Part shown: positions 38,781-47,959 of the stretch, in pieces
Position numbering within the stretch: position 1 is the first letter of the stretch
Layout: each line of letters begins with the position of its first letter
Assembly: GCA_963663945.1 (NCBI GenBank)
Contig: OY760687.1
Location: 2,516,555-2,580,554 of the forward strand
Direction: 5' to 3'
Source of the DNA: Dehalococcoidia bacterium
GTDB taxonomy: Bacteria > Chloroflexota > Dehalococcoidia > Lucifugimonadales > UBA3495
DNA length: 64,000 nt
The notes under the pieces: model-generated
The model's database searches: none
The model's input: the letters and a program-made list of their open reading frames with translations, nothing else
What the model was told of the DNA's origin: nothing
Translations under genes and position numbers: made by a program

Positions 38781-39689
38781 ATGGCTGAAGATATTTTGGG
38801 GACAGCTTCGGTTTTGGCCCCTGGCACCTGCGGTGAACTGGTGCAGGGAATGACCGGAGGTGTGGACTTCCTGGTGACGTGCCCTATCAATCAGTTCTCG
38901 CGGGCCACAGTGACGTTGTCCCGATGTGATGGCCACGGCGATCGGGTTAGAGGCATCGACCACCTGCCGAAAACCCGGCAGGCGGTAACTGCTGCGCTGG
39001 CACGAATGGCACGCTGCCTCGGCGTGCCGGGGTTGCGAGCCGACGTCACGGTTGCCAACCCTATCCCCGCAGGCAAAGGCATGGGCAGCAGCAGCGCGGA
39101 CATCACGGCCGCGGTGTGCGCGACGGGCAAGGCCGCGGGCTTCGATCTGTCGCCGGAGGCCGTTGCAAAGATCGCCCTGGCCGTTGAGCCGACCGACGGA
39201 GTGATGTTTCCCGGTATCGCCATGCTTGATCATCGACAGGGCAAAATCGTCGATCTGCTGGGCGCTCCCCCACCGATGGAGGTGATCGTCATCGACCGCG
39301 GCGGTCACGTGGACACGCTGGAATTCAACCGGATCGATCGCGAGGAGCACTGGCGGTCGGTCGCGGACGCCACCACCGAGGCCCTGGAGTTGGTACGGGA
39401 AGGCATCCGGCGCTGCGATCCGGAGCTGGTCGGCCGGGGCGCTACAATCAGCGCACGAGCCGGGGGACCGGACGGCGCAGGCCCCTGGGTGGAACAGGCG
39501 TCAGATTTCGCGGTTGATATCGGCGCGGTGGGCGTCAACGTGGCCCACAGCGGCACAGTGGTCGGCATCCTGTTGGACGCCCGCAAGCGGCAGAGCAAGC
39601 CGGCATTCCGCGAGGCACAGCGGGAGTTTGCGGCCGCGGAGAGTGTGCAACACTTCCGGATTATTGGCGGGGGCGTCAGAGCGGGGTAG
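38781..39689 (+). CDS. GHMP-family kinase, PduX-like (L-threonine kinase of cobalamin biosynthesis)
   Basis: ...APGTCGELVQG...LVTCPI..., GHMP motif PAGKGMGSSSADITAA, ...LAVEPTDGVMF..., ...NVAHSGTVVGILLD... are colinear with PduX-type kinases. Context is next to cobQ-cobU. Confidence 0.65.
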   Translation: MAEDILGTASVLAPGTCGELVQGMTGGVDFLVTCPINQFSRATVTLSRCDGHGDRVRGIDHLPKTRQAVTAALARMARCLGVPGLRADVTVANPIPAGKGMGSSSADITAAVCATGKAAGFDLSPEAVAKIALAVEPTDGVMFPGIAMLDHRQGKIVDLLGAPPPMEVIVIDRGGHVDTLEFNRIDREEHWRSVADATTEALELVREGIRRCDPELVGRGATISARAGGPDGAGPWVEQASDFAVDIGAVGVNVAHSGTVVGILLDARKRQSKPAFREAQREFAAAESVQHFRIIGGGVRAG

Positions 39690-39712
39690 CGTCGCTCGGG
39701 GACTATGACGGT

Positions 39713-40657
39713 TTACTTGGGCTGGTCGCAGAACATTAACTGACCGGCGTACCCGGCGAACTGACCGAAGTGTTGCTGAGCCCATGTACCAATAGCCGCT
39801 TCGGATTTCGGAGCCGCTGGATAGTTTGCAGCAACGGCCCGTTTTATGTGAGTGTCCACGGGAAAGGCCTCCAATTTGTCCAGAGACATCAACGCGACAC
39901 AATCTGCGATCTTGAGGCCTATTCCGTTCGGCACAGTACGCCCATTTCTGGGTCCTTGCATCAATTTGAACATTACCGTGGAGTAAGCACTCCTTCGCAA
40001 TTCCTGGGCGTCGATCTCTCCCTTTTGGACACGCTTTGCTGCACCGGCTATCGCGACAGGGAAGCTCGCAGCGAAGCGCCCGGCGAGGTCGAGGCCCAAT
40101 AATCTGGCGATGCCTATTTCGACGATGCTCTGCGCTGATGGGAACAGATACCTTCGGTCGTTGCCCATTTCTACGCTAACGCCACTCAAGGGAGACATCT
40201 CCCCGATGCATCGGCGGATGTTGGGAATACGATTACTTTTCGAGCAGACGTAGGACACCAAACATTCCCACGGGTCCTGCCGGAGCAGACGCATGCCTCC
40301 GTAGGTTGCAATCAGCTTAGCCATGTTCGCATCGTGATCCGACAGATGCCCGTAGATGCGCGAGACGTCGTCGTCCAATCTAAAATAGCTGTGCAGCATC
40401 GCAGCGACATCTTCGTTGCCCACCGTTTCATCGAGCGTCACCACGCGGTACTCTACGGCAGAGCCAGATTGGCGCAGATGAAACAGAGATTGTCCGAGGA
40501 CTCCAGAGTGCCATGCGTTATCGGGAAGCAGCTCACGGTGTTGCAATCGGTCTACGCTCCCATCAAGTCTGCGCCACCGAAATGCCTGACCCATGTACAA
40601 TGTCAGCCTGAGGCTGAACGGCTGGGGCATTTCCAGACTGCCTTCTATGATTCGCAT
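39713..40657 (-). CDS. 8-oxoguanine DNA glycosylase, OGG1-type (OGG_N + HhH-GPD), low-G+C paralogue
   Basis: Start placed at the ATG with GGGAGG 7 nt upstream (40657); the ORF opens at 40672. ...GQAFRWRR..., ...SYFRLDDDVSRIY..., ...LLRQDPWECLVSYVCSKSNRIPNI..., HhH with catalytic-type Lys and Asp (GIGLKIADCV...FPVDTHI). Confidence 0.75.
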   Translation of the reverse strand: MRIIEGSLEMPQPFSLRLTLYMGQAFRWRRLDGSVDRLQHRELLPDNAWHSGVLGQSLFHLRQSGSAVEYRVVTLDETVGNEDVAAMLHSYFRLDDDVSRIYGHLSDHDANMAKLIATYGGMRLLRQDPWECLVSYVCSKSNRIPNIRRCIGEMSPLSGVSVEMGNDRRYLFPSAQSIVEIGIARLLGLDLAGRFAASFPVAIAGAAKRVQKGEIDAQELRRSAYSTVMFKLMQGPRNGRTVPNGIGLKIADCVALMSLDKLEAFPVDTHIKRAVAANYPAAPKSEAAIGTWAQQHFGQFAGYAGQLMFCDQPK

Positions 40658-40720
40658 TTCAAGGCCTCCCATCAGCGGTGCATACGACTCTGCCTCTAAT
40701 TGGCAGGCAGCGTGCAGTTG

Positions 40721-41602
40721 TCATCTGCCTTCCCGCCGCCGGGCGTGAAAGAGGTACTGCTGGGAATAGCCCGCGTATTCGCCGAAGTGGTCCTGGGCCC
40801 ACTCCACCATCACTCGGTCGGGCGGCTTTTTCTGCATTGGGAAATACCATTCCGCCAGCGCGCGACGCACCCAAACGTCCACCGGGAAAGCCTGCAGCTT
40901 CTCCAATGAGAACACCGCGATGCAGTCTGCGATCTTGGCCCCAATCCCGTAGCACTCCATGAGCCTGGACTTGGTTTCCGGATAGGGCAGGCGGATCAAT
41001 TCGTCCAGGTCAAGCTCGCCGTCGCAAACGCGCCGGGCCGCAGCCGCGACGTAGGGGGCGCGGAACCCCAGGCCCAATTCTCGCAGGAACCCCTCGCCGG
41101 CGGAGGCGATTTGTTCGGCTGACGCGAAGGTGTGCCGGACCTCTCCGTCAAGCTCCAATGGATCGCCGAGACTGTCGGCCATGGCCTCCATGTTCTGGTG
41201 GATGCGCGGAATGTTCGACGTGGCCGAGCAGATGAACGCGACCGTGCACTCCCATGGTTCCTGGCGCAAGATCCGCAGACCCGGATAGCGGGACACCATT
41301 TCCGAAACCCGACGGTCCCGGCAAATATCCGCATAAATCGCGCCGATATCGTCGTCGAGGCGGAAATATGACCGCAACAGGCGGTTCAGCGTCTCTGGTT
41401 CTGGGGCATCTCCGGCCCCCGCGACGCGATATTCGACCCCTTCGCATCGCTGCCGGACGTGGATGAGCCATGGGCCCAGTACGCCCGAATACCAGCCATC
41501 CCCCAGGTTTTTCCAGCGATGGGCCTGCCCGCTTTCCAGGCTCTCCGCCAGGTTGAACGGCTGGTCTATGGCTAACTGCACGGTGCGTTCCGGTACCGCC
41601 AA
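40721..41602 (-). CDS. 8-oxoguanine DNA glycosylase, OGG1-type, second paralogue
   Basis: ...GQAHRWKN..., ...SYFRLDDDIGAIY..., ...ILRQEPWECTVAFICSATSNIPRI..., GIGAKIADCI...FPVDVWV. TTG start. Confidence 0.8.
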   Translation of the reverse strand: MAVPERTVQLAIDQPFNLAESLESGQAHRWKNLGDGWYSGVLGPWLIHVRQRCEGVEYRVAGAGDAPEPETLNRLLRSYFRLDDDIGAIYADICRDRRVSEMVSRYPGLRILRQEPWECTVAFICSATSNIPRIHQNMEAMADSLGDPLELDGEVRHTFASAEQIASAGEGFLRELGLGFRAPYVAAAARRVCDGELDLDELIRLPYPETKSRLMECYGIGAKIADCIAVFSLEKLQAFPVDVWVRRALAEWYFPMQKKPPDRVMVEWAQDHFGEYAGYSQQYLFHARRREGR

Positions 41603-41629
41603 TCCCTCACCCGCACACGGCCCGCAAGT

Positions 41630-44473
41630 TCAGCCGGCCACCGGCCGATCGAGTTGCAGCCAGCGGGCCGCCTGGTCGCCGACGCTGCTGACGCTGGACC
41701 GTTCGACGGTACACGGAGGCAATGCGTTCAGGAAGCGGTCGCCGTAGTTGGCCGTCTGGATACGGCGGTCCAGGATGACCACGGCTCCCCGATCCACCTT
41801 GTTGCGGATCAGCCGGCCGAACCCCTGCCGGAAACGCAGGACGGCGGAGGGCACCTGGTATTCGTTGAACGGGTTGTTGAACAGGTTCCCTCTGGCTTTG
41901 ACGATGGGATCGGTGGGAACCGGGAAAGGCAGGCGGCACAGCAGCAGCCCGCGCAGGATGCCCGACTCCATGTCCACGCCTTCCCAGAAACTGGCAGTGC
42001 CGAGCAGGACGGCACGCGGATCGGCGTGCAGCCGGTCGACCAGTTGTCGCGGGGTGCCGTCAATTCCCTGTGCCAGCACGTTGATGCCCGACGCGCGCAG
42101 AGGACCCCGAACCTGGAACGATGCTTCCCTCAAGGCGCTGTGCGAGGTGAACAGCGCCATCAGATGACCGTCCAGGGCCTGCGCCATGTTGAGGATCACC
42201 TGGGCGGTGCCGCGGGCGTGGTCGGCGCCGCGACGCGGATCAGGCAGGTCGTCGGGAACCAGCAGCAGGGTGTTGCGCTGATAGTTGAACGGGCTGTCCA
42301 CCAGCAACTCGTCGCTGTCGTCGGGGAACCCCAGGCGTTCCCGCAGGAACCCGAAGTTGCTGTCCGTCGCCAGGGTGGCGCTGGTTAGCACCACCGTCTC
42401 TTTCTGCTGGAACAGCATCTCAGACAGGATGGGGCCCACCGAAAGCGGTGTGGAGTGCAGCACAATGTTGCGGCGCAACATGTCAATCCATTGGATCTGT
42501 TCCTCGTCGAACCGTCCGAAGACCGAAGCCAAGCGGTCATTGAACTGGGACATAGTGTCTACGGCGCTCAGCAGTTCGTTGCCCTGGCTGTCGTCGGAGA
42601 GATCGAATATCCCCTGATCCACCAACCGCCAAACATCGTTCAGCCGATTGACGCTGTCGGCCATGAACGTCGCGAAGGACTCCCACTCGCGGGCGGCGGC
42701 GCCCCATTCCCCGCTCTGGCGCACGGAAAGCTCGAAAGACACCGCCTGGCGATCGTTGTCTCCCCGGGCGTTGGAATGATAGAGGTTCGTGATTGCGGCC
42801 CACAGCTGTTGCCACGCCTGCAAGGCCTGGTTGCTGCTGGCCGTCGCGTTGGTGAGGGCATCCCGGGCGCGACCGAGGTTCTCGTCGTGGGGCGACTGGT
42901 TGGCGATGCCGGTCAGGTGACGGAAGAGCCGGTAGACCCCATCCAACTCCTGCGGGAGGTCGTCCTCGGCGATCTCAAAGCCGAGCTGCCGGCTGGCCTC
43001 CTCCTCCAGATGATGGGCCTCGTCGACAATCAGGTGCTGATAGTCCTGCAAAACAGTGCCGCCAACTGCCAGATCGGCCAGCAGGAGGGCGTGGTTAACC
43101 ACCAGGATGTTTGCCGCTTCGGCCTGTTGGCGAGCCTGGCGAAGGAAGCAGGGCGCGCCGCCCCGGAACGACTGGCACACGCCCTGGTTGTCGGCGCACA
43201 CCCGAAGCCAGGCCCGATGGTCGCCGAAGTTCAGGTTGAGGTCGGTGCGGTCGCCATTTTCGGTATCGTCCAGCCAGACCGCGGTTTTGCCGAGCACCCG
43301 GGCTTCATCCTCGGTCAAAGTGTCAGAGGAGCCCAGGCTGGTCCATCTGCGCAGGCACACGTAGTTGGAGCGACCCTTGAGCTGAGCCGCGCGAACCGCG
43401 CCCGGCTCCAGGATGCCGGCCTCTTCCAGGATCGAGATCACCGCCGGTATGTCCTTGTCCATCAGCTGTTCCTGCAGGCTGATGGTGTTGGTGGAAATCA
43501 CCACCCGGTGCCCATGGGTGGCGGAGTAAAGAATCGCCGGGAGGAGATAGGCGATGCTCTTGCCGATACCGGTGCCGCCTTCGACGATCAGCTTCCTGCC
43601 CTGGTAGATGGCGCGGGTGACCGCTTTGAGCATCTCGGCCTGCTGGGGCCGGTTTTCAAACCCGGGAAAAGCGCTGGCGAATACGCCGTGGGGAGCCAAG
43701 AGATCCTCGACCTGCTGCTCGGTAAGCTCACGCCTGACGGCGTTGGTTTCGTTATCCCCGGTTTCGCTGGACGTTCGCCTGGCGATGCTATCCAGGTTCA
43801 ATCCATTGAGCCCAACGGCGCCGGCGGTTCCGGACGCCGCGTTAGCGCCGGGTGCATGAGGCACAATCGCCTCGAGCAAGTCCGCAACCGAGGCGTTGGC
43901 GGCGCGAGATGCGCGGGCTATGAACGCAACTTTTGCTGCGGGATAGGATGCTCCCAGTTTCAGCAACTCATGGAAAACCAGCGCGGTGGTTTCCGCGTCG
44001 GCCACGGCGCGATGGGCCTGGTTGTGGTCGAGGTCCAAATGTCGGGCGAGGGCGCTCAGGTTGTATTCCGGCAGCGTGGGCAGGAATATCGACGCCAGAT
44101 CCCAGGTGTTGTAACTGCGGTTGGTCAGGTGCAGACCATGGGATGACAGGAACCCAATATCGAAAGCGATGTTGTGCCCGACGATGGGCAAATCGCCAAC
44201 GAACGCGGCGAACTGTGCCGCAACCTGCTGGAACCGTGGCGCGCGTTCGATTTGGGCGGGGCTGATGGAGGTCAGTTGCTGGACGAATGTGGGGATCTGA
44301 CGGCCAGGATTGACAAATGTCTGGTAACGCTCCGAAACCTCACCACCCCGAAACTTGACGGCTCCAATCTCGATTATGGCATCGGATTGCGCTTGAAGCC
44401 CGGTGGTTTCCAGATCGACACATACGAATTCGCGCTCGAATATGTCACTCTGCGGCAACAGCGTCGGGGTCAT
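41630..44473 (-). CDS. dinG: DinG-family ATP-dependent helicase with N-terminal DnaQ-like 3'-5' exonuclease domain
   Basis: The N-terminal domain has Exo I (VCVDLETTGL), Exo II (IVGHNIAFDIGFL) and Exo III (HRAVADAE). Next come a Rad3/XPD-type helicase core with Walker A (GTGIGKS) and a DEAH box (VDEAHHLEE), then C-terminal motifs (...GTASFWEGVD...). 947 aa. Confidence 0.85.
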   Translation of the reverse strand: MTPTLLPQSDIFEREFVCVDLETTGLQAQSDAIIEIGAVKFRGGEVSERYQTFVNPGRQIPTFVQQLTSISPAQIERAPRFQQVAAQFAAFVGDLPIVGHNIAFDIGFLSSHGLHLTNRSYNTWDLASIFLPTLPEYNLSALARHLDLDHNQAHRAVADAETTALVFHELLKLGASYPAAKVAFIARASRAANASVADLLEAIVPHAPGANAASGTAGAVGLNGLNLDSIARRTSSETGDNETNAVRRELTEQQVEDLLAPHGVFASAFPGFENRPQQAEMLKAVTRAIYQGRKLIVEGGTGIGKSIAYLLPAILYSATHGHRVVISTNTISLQEQLMDKDIPAVISILEEAGILEPGAVRAAQLKGRSNYVCLRRWTSLGSSDTLTEDEARVLGKTAVWLDDTENGDRTDLNLNFGDHRAWLRVCADNQGVCQSFRGGAPCFLRQARQQAEAANILVVNHALLLADLAVGGTVLQDYQHLIVDEAHHLEEEASRQLGFEIAEDDLPQELDGVYRLFRHLTGIANQSPHDENLGRARDALTNATASSNQALQAWQQLWAAITNLYHSNARGDNDRQAVSFELSVRQSGEWGAAAREWESFATFMADSVNRLNDVWRLVDQGIFDLSDDSQGNELLSAVDTMSQFNDRLASVFGRFDEEQIQWIDMLRRNIVLHSTPLSVGPILSEMLFQQKETVVLTSATLATDSNFGFLRERLGFPDDSDELLVDSPFNYQRNTLLLVPDDLPDPRRGADHARGTAQVILNMAQALDGHLMALFTSHSALREASFQVRGPLRASGINVLAQGIDGTPRQLVDRLHADPRAVLLGTASFWEGVDMESGILRGLLLCRLPFPVPTDPIVKARGNLFNNPFNEYQVPSAVLRFRQGFGRLIRNKVDRGAVVILDRRIQTANYGDRFLNALPPCTVERSSVSSVGDQAARWLQLDRPVAG

Positions 44474-44505
44474 CGCAATGAACTGCAGTTGACGAGGTAC
44501 CGGAC

Positions 44506-45210
44506 CTACGCGGTGCGCAGGCGGTACGGCCGCAGCGATCCCTGCCGAAGCCCTTCCAGAGGGTGGAAGTCACCCTGATGGAGCGCGGCAAGGAACTGGG
44601 CCTCGTCGAATATTTCGTCGGGGAACTCGGTCACGAACTTGCCCAAACCGTGGGTGCTGTGGGCATCGCTACCTCCGGTCACCGGTAGGTTAAGTCGGTG
44701 AGCCACCTCGGCGGCGAAGCGATTTTCCTCGTCCGAAGTGCCCCCGTTGGCAATTTCGATGGCGTCAACCAGCTCGAATACCGCATGCTCCATCGCCGTC
44801 TCGGCATCCTGGGGTATCGGTTCGTTGGGATCCGGATAGAGGTACGGTCGGGTGCGGTGGTGTTGCCCGAGAACGCCCCGGAACGGGTGCGCAGACACTA
44901 CGAAACCGCCGGCAGCGTGGGCAGCCTTGCTCAGCTCCGCGGCGCGGTGGAATCCGCTCTGATACCGGTCCACGCCGAAAGCCAGGATGTGACCCATATC
45001 GGTGTCGGCTTCCATGGCTCGGATGAGCACAACGTTGTGCTTGGCGGCAAAGGCGGAGAATTCGTGCCGGTCCCAGGGACCGGAGTGTTCCGTGATGCAC
45101 AGGCCGCGCAATCCCAAACGTTCTGCCTCAAGGATGAGGTCTTCGGGCGAAAGGCTGGAATCGGCGCTACCTTTGGTCGTATGGATGTGTAAATCAAAAA
45201 TGCGTGACAT
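44506..45210 (-). CDS. Stand-alone PHP (polymerase and histidinol phosphatase) domain phosphoesterase
   Basis: ORF to 45249, start placed at ATG 45210 (MSRIFDLHIHTTKGS...). PHP metal-binding motifs in order: HIHT, EH, H (SAHPF), GSDAH. Confidence 0.75.
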   Translation of the reverse strand: MSRIFDLHIHTTKGSADSSLSPEDLILEAERLGLRGLCITEHSGPWDRHEFSAFAAKHNVVLIRAMEADTDMGHILAFGVDRYQSGFHRAAELSKAAHAAGGFVVSAHPFRGVLGQHHRTRPYLYPDPNEPIPQDAETAMEHAVFELVDAIEIANGGTSDEENRFAAEVAHRLNLPVTGGSDAHSTHGLGKFVTEFPDEIFDEAQFLAALHQGDFHPLEGLRQGSLRPYRLRTA

Positions 45211-45338
45211 AAGCCCTACCAGTCTATGCGTAGGGTGAAACCCCGTCAACGCCGTCCGGTCATGTTCAATGGATCGCCTCTGATAGAATGCGGTCGAATC
45301 CCTTCCTCGAAGGGCGATATTCCCAGGAGATGAAAGAG

Positions 45339-46274
45339 ATGGCGAAAGTAGGTTTTATCGGTCTCGGAACCATGGGCGCCAGCATGGCGTACAACTGCCT
45401 GAGCGGCGGAAACGAAATGGTGGTCCACGACATCCGGCGGGAAGCCGCAACCCAGCACCTGGAGGCGGGGGCACAGTGGGCCGACACCCCCCGCGAAGTG
45501 GCTGAGGCCACCGACGTGGTGTTCACCTCGCTGCCGGGCCCGGTGGAGGTCGAAGCGGTTTCGCTGGGCGAAGACGGGATCATGTCGGGCATGGCCGCCG
45601 GCAAGACCTACTTTGACCTCAGCACCAGCTCGCCCACGCTTATCCGCCAGATCCACGACCGAGTGGCGGCCCAGGGTATCAACGTGCTGGACGCGCCGGT
45701 GAGCGGCGGCCCGGCCGGCGCTGCCAGCGGCCGGCTCGCCATCTGGGTCGGCGGAGACAAGGCGGTTTTCGATCAGAACAAAGCCGTCCTCGACTCCATT
45801 GGCGACGCCGCCTACTACGTCGGTCCCATCGGCAGCGGGGCCGTCGCCAAGCTGGTGCACAACTGCGCCGGCTACATCGTCCAGACCGCGCTGGCCGAGG
45901 TGTTCACCATGGGGATCAAGGCGGGAGTGGACCCGCTGGCGCTGTGGCTGGCCGTGCGCAAAGGGGCCGGCGGACGCCGCGGAATGTTCGAAGGGCTGGC
46001 CCAGCACTTCCTGATCAACGACTACGATCCGCCGGACTTCGCCCTTCGCCTGGCGCGCAAGGACGTGGACCTGGCTGTAGCGGTCGGCCGCGAGTTCGAC
46101 GTGCCCATGAAGCTTGCCAACACGACGCTGGCTGAGATGACCGAGGCGATCAACCGAGGTTGGGCCGGGCGCGACTCCCGGGTGGCAATGCTCTTGCAGG
46201 AGGAACGGGCCGGTATCGAGGTCGAGGTTGATCCTGAGGATTTGCGGCGGGCGCTGGAGGAACAGGGCGGGTAA
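45339..46274 (+). CDS. NAD(P)-dependent 3-hydroxyisobutyrate dehydrogenase family oxidoreductase, second copy
   Basis: ORF 45288-46274, start placed at ATG 45339 (MAKVGFIGLGTMGASMAYN...), with AGGAGA upstream. The equally long opposite-strand ORF 45246-46280 has no recognisable family and is taken as a shadow ORF. Confidence 0.8.
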   Translation: MAKVGFIGLGTMGASMAYNCLSGGNEMVVHDIRREAATQHLEAGAQWADTPREVAEATDVVFTSLPGPVEVEAVSLGEDGIMSGMAAGKTYFDLSTSSPTLIRQIHDRVAAQGINVLDAPVSGGPAGAASGRLAIWVGGDKAVFDQNKAVLDSIGDAAYYVGPIGSGAVAKLVHNCAGYIVQTALAEVFTMGIKAGVDPLALWLAVRKGAGGRRGMFEGLAQHFLINDYDPPDFALRLARKDVDLAVAVGREFDVPMKLANTTLAEMTEAINRGWAGRDSRVAMLLQEERAGIEVEVDPEDLRRALEEQGG

Positions 46275-46292
46275 CTCCATCCCGCATGCCTG

Positions 46293-46334
46293 AATGAAGC
46301 AGGCCGCCCTTCTTCGGAAGAGCGGCCATTCATT
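46293..46334. terminator. Extended hairpin with UUCG tetraloop between convergent genes
   Basis: AATGAA...GGCCGC-c-CTTC-ttcg-GAAG-a-GCGGCC...TTCATT followed by TT. Read directly. Confidence 0.5.
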
Positions 46335-46370
46335 TTCAGCGAATCAACAGGTCCGAAACCGACACTCTGG

Positions 46371-47840
46371 TCAGTCAGCGGCTGCCTCCCAACGCAACAC
46401 CGGACGCCGCGCCGCCGTAGCTTCATCCAGCCGGGAGACCGGCGTGGTGTGCGGCGCGTGCTGGACCAGTTCGGGCTCAGATGTTGCTTCCGAGTCGATG
46501 ATGCGCAGGGCGTCGATGAACGCGTCGAGCGTTTCCTTGGTCTCCGACTCGGTGGGCTCGATCATCAGGGCTTCGTGGACGATCAGCGGGAAGTACATCG
46601 TCGGCGCGTGGAAACCGTAGTCCAGCAGCCGCTTCGCCACTTCCAGCCCGCTGACCCCACGCTCGCGCTGCCGGTCCGCGGAGAAAACCACCTCGTGCAT
46701 GCACGTGCGGTCGTAGGGCAGTTCGTAGATATCCTTGAGCGATTCCATGATGTAGTTGGCGTTCAGAACGGCGTTGCCGCTGATTGAAAGCAATCCCGCC
46801 GCACCCAGCGTGCGGATGTAGGTGTAGGCGCGGACCAACACGCCAAAGTTACCGTGGAACCCGCTGATCTTGCCGATACTTTGCTCCGGCTCGGCCAGCG
46901 AATATTCGCCGGCGCCGTTCACCGCCACTACCGGGGCGGCCAGGTACGGAGCCAGGTTCTCGCCGCAGCAAACGGGACCGGAGCCCGGTCCGCCGCCACC
47001 GTGCGGAGTGCTGAAAGTCTTGTGCAGATTCAGGTGGCAGACGTCGAAGCCCAGCTCTCCGAGTTTTGCCCGTCCGAGCAGCGCATTCATGTTCGCGCCG
47101 TCGCCGTAGACCAGGCCCCCGCAATCGTGGACGATCTGGCAGACCTCGAGGATGTTGGTGTCGAACAGTCCCAACGTACTGGGCAGAGTGATCATCACGC
47201 CGGCCAGGTCATCACCGGCGATCTCCCTCAAGGCGGCGAGGTCGGTGTTGCCGTCAGCATCCGACGGGATGGTCACCACGTCGAAACCGGCCATCGCCGC
47301 GGAGGCAGGGTTGGTGCCGTGGGCGCTGTCCGGAATGCCCATCTTGGTGCGACCGGAGTCGCCGCGCGCCAGGTGATAGGCCCGCATCATGAGTACGCCC
47401 CCCAGTTCGCCGTGGGCGCCGGCGAGTGTCGCCAGGCTGGTCGCGGCCATGCCTGTGACCTCGGTCAGGAAGTCCTGCAACCGGTGGAGCAGCTCCAGCG
47501 CTCCCTGGGATTGCTCGGCAGGCTGCTGTGGGTGGATCCCGGCGAATCCTGGCAGGAAGGCAATTTCATCGTTGATCTTGGGGTTGTACTTCATGGTGCA
47601 CGAACCCAGCGGGTAGAAGTGGGTATCGATGCTGAAGTTCAGCTGGCTCAGGGAGGTGAAATACTGCACCACCTCGGGTTCAGACACCTCGGGGAGCGGC
47701 AGATCGTCCCGCAGGTACGCTGCATCCGGCAGTGGAGCAGGGGGCACGTCCAGGCCGGGAGTCACCACCCCGACCCGACCCGGCACGCTGCGATCCATCA
47801 GCAGCCTTGTGGTGTCTCGGTTGCCGCCTTTGTTCAACAT
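46371..47840 (-). CDS. gcvPB: Glycine dehydrogenase (decarboxylating) subunit 2
   Basis: ORF to 47918, start placed at ATG 47840 (MLNKGGNRDTTRLLMDRSVPGR...). PLP-lysine region ...CHLNLHKTFSTPHGGGGPG... is typical of GcvPB. Confidence 0.9.
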   Translation of the reverse strand: MLNKGGNRDTTRLLMDRSVPGRVGVVTPGLDVPPAPLPDAAYLRDDLPLPEVSEPEVVQYFTSLSQLNFSIDTHFYPLGSCTMKYNPKINDEIAFLPGFAGIHPQQPAEQSQGALELLHRLQDFLTEVTGMAATSLATLAGAHGELGGVLMMRAYHLARGDSGRTKMGIPDSAHGTNPASAAMAGFDVVTIPSDADGNTDLAALREIAGDDLAGVMITLPSTLGLFDTNILEVCQIVHDCGGLVYGDGANMNALLGRAKLGELGFDVCHLNLHKTFSTPHGGGGPGSGPVCCGENLAPYLAAPVVAVNGAGEYSLAEPEQSIGKISGFHGNFGVLVRAYTYIRTLGAAGLLSISGNAVLNANYIMESLKDIYELPYDRTCMHEVVFSADRQRERGVSGLEVAKRLLDYGFHAPTMYFPLIVHEALMIEPTESETKETLDAFIDALRIIDSEATSEPELVQHAPHTTPVSRLDEATAARRPVLRWEAAAD

Positions 47841-47959
47841 CTTCCGTAGTCTCCTGGTTTTGCAACTGTTGCGGCCGCCGCTTGCCCCAGTGCCAGGGTT
47901 GCGGGCCGCAATAGCCAATTAATCAATTGTTCAACGTTTAATTTCCACGGAGCCCGCCG

